This document shows, one piece after another, positions 62,864 to 64,000 of a stretch of DNA of 64,000 nt. The position numbers and the translations under genes were made by a program. Location of the stretch: contig OZ024744.1 in the NCBI GenBank assembly GCA_964016885.1, forward strand, positions 125,178,001 through 125,242,000, given 5' to 3'. Origin of the DNA: Eledone cirrhosa. Taxonomy: Eukaryota. Numbering within the stretch: position 1 is the first letter of the stretch; each line of letters opens with the position of its first letter. Below the pieces are notes generated by a model, which was not told where the DNA came from, searched no databases, and saw only the letters and a list, made by a program, of their open reading frames with translations.

Positions 62864-63410
62864 TGTATCTATTCAATAATTATTTGAATATTGAAATTTT
62901 AGGTTTAACTACCTTTTAAACCAAATACATTAAGAAAGGCATGACCAACACCACATCATTTTTATTTCTATTTTGAAAGTAGGTTTATAAGTATTAAATT
63001 TCAGTAGATTCTTATATCCTTCATGGTGGTCTGGTGGGAGATACGAGAGATGGTGGAGGTTCTGGTCTGGGGTTCAATCCTGCTCAGGAGATACTCTAAG
63101 GGGGTTCATACTAAACTTCTTCAGTGTTTCTTATCTCTAGAGACAAATATATATACATAAGGTAATCTGGTAAAGTTGTTAGAACATCACATAGAATTCT
63201 TTGTAGTATTTTTTCCAGTTCTTCAATCTGAGTTCAACTTTACTTTTCTTCCATTCGGGGTTGATAATAACGTACCAGTCAAATACTAGGGGTTAATTCT
63301 TCCTCTATATCTCTTTCTCACTCTCTGTCTGTTTTATTAAGACCTGGAGAGGTGATGTACTCTACCAGGTTTTATAATGAGTGATGGGGTCATACCTGCC
63401 TGCTACACCT

Positions 63411-63945
63411 CTGTGTACTAAGTGTAGCATATTATATCCTTGTTCAGGGCCTTCCTGACATTACTGTGTACTAAGGGTAGCATTTTATATCCTTGTTCAG
63501 GGCCATCTTAACATTGCTGTGTACTAAGTGTAGCATATTATATCCTTGTTCGGGGCCTTCCTGACATTAGTGTGTACTGAGTGTAGATTTTAACATCCTT
63601 GTTCTGGGCCTTCCTAACATTACTGTGTACTGAGTGTAGATTTTAACATCTTTGTTCAGGGCCTTCCTAACATTGCTGTGTACTAGGTGTAGCATATTAT
63701 ATCCTTGTTCAGGGCCCTCCTGACATTACTGTGTACTAAGTGTAGATTTTGATATCCTTGTTCAGGGCCATCCTAACATTACTGTGTACTAAGAGTAGCA
63801 TTATATATCCTTGTTCAGGGCCTTCCTAACATTACTGTGTACTAAATGTAGATTTGGATATCCTTGTTCAGAGCCTTCCTTACATTACTGTGTACTAAGT
63901 GTAGCATTTCATATACTTGTTCTGGGCCTTCCTAACGTTACTGTG
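63411..63945. repeat. 53-bp minisatellite, copy 2
   Basis: Same as 24688-25222. Confidence 0.92.
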
Positions 63946-64000
63946 GAAATAGTAGTTTATATCCAATATGTAATATAGATATGGATTCTACAGGACTAAA

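Overview
Eukaryotic, repeat-rich animal DNA; the SINE family, RTE/CR1 LINE content and microsatellite load suggest a cephalopod such as Octopus (inference). The window is about 1.65 copies of a 38,723-bp tandem unit: 1-25277 recurs at 38724-64000, and the ORF track shows the same offset throughout. No host protein-coding gene is evident. The unit has rDNA architecture: spacer subrepeats (172 bp), a short leader, a recognisable 18S 5' end (30404-30589), a 28S 3' end (38938-39293 and 215-570) and a long spacer full of transposon debris. However, the interior (most of 18S, ITS1, 5.8S, ITS2, most of 28S) is replaced by an ~8.3-kb higher-order satellite built from short conserved 18S and 28S segments, apparently joined at microhomologies. 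The spacer also holds a 5.6-kb array of long palindromes ending in a Helitron-type 3' end, a 5'-truncated CR1 LINE with an uninterrupted 921-aa EN-RT ORF, RTE, R4/Dong-like and CRE-like fragments, SINEs, MITEs, minisatellites and telomere-like tracts. Coordinates were read by eye; rRNA and repeat-family matches rest on recalled consensus motifs, not database searches.
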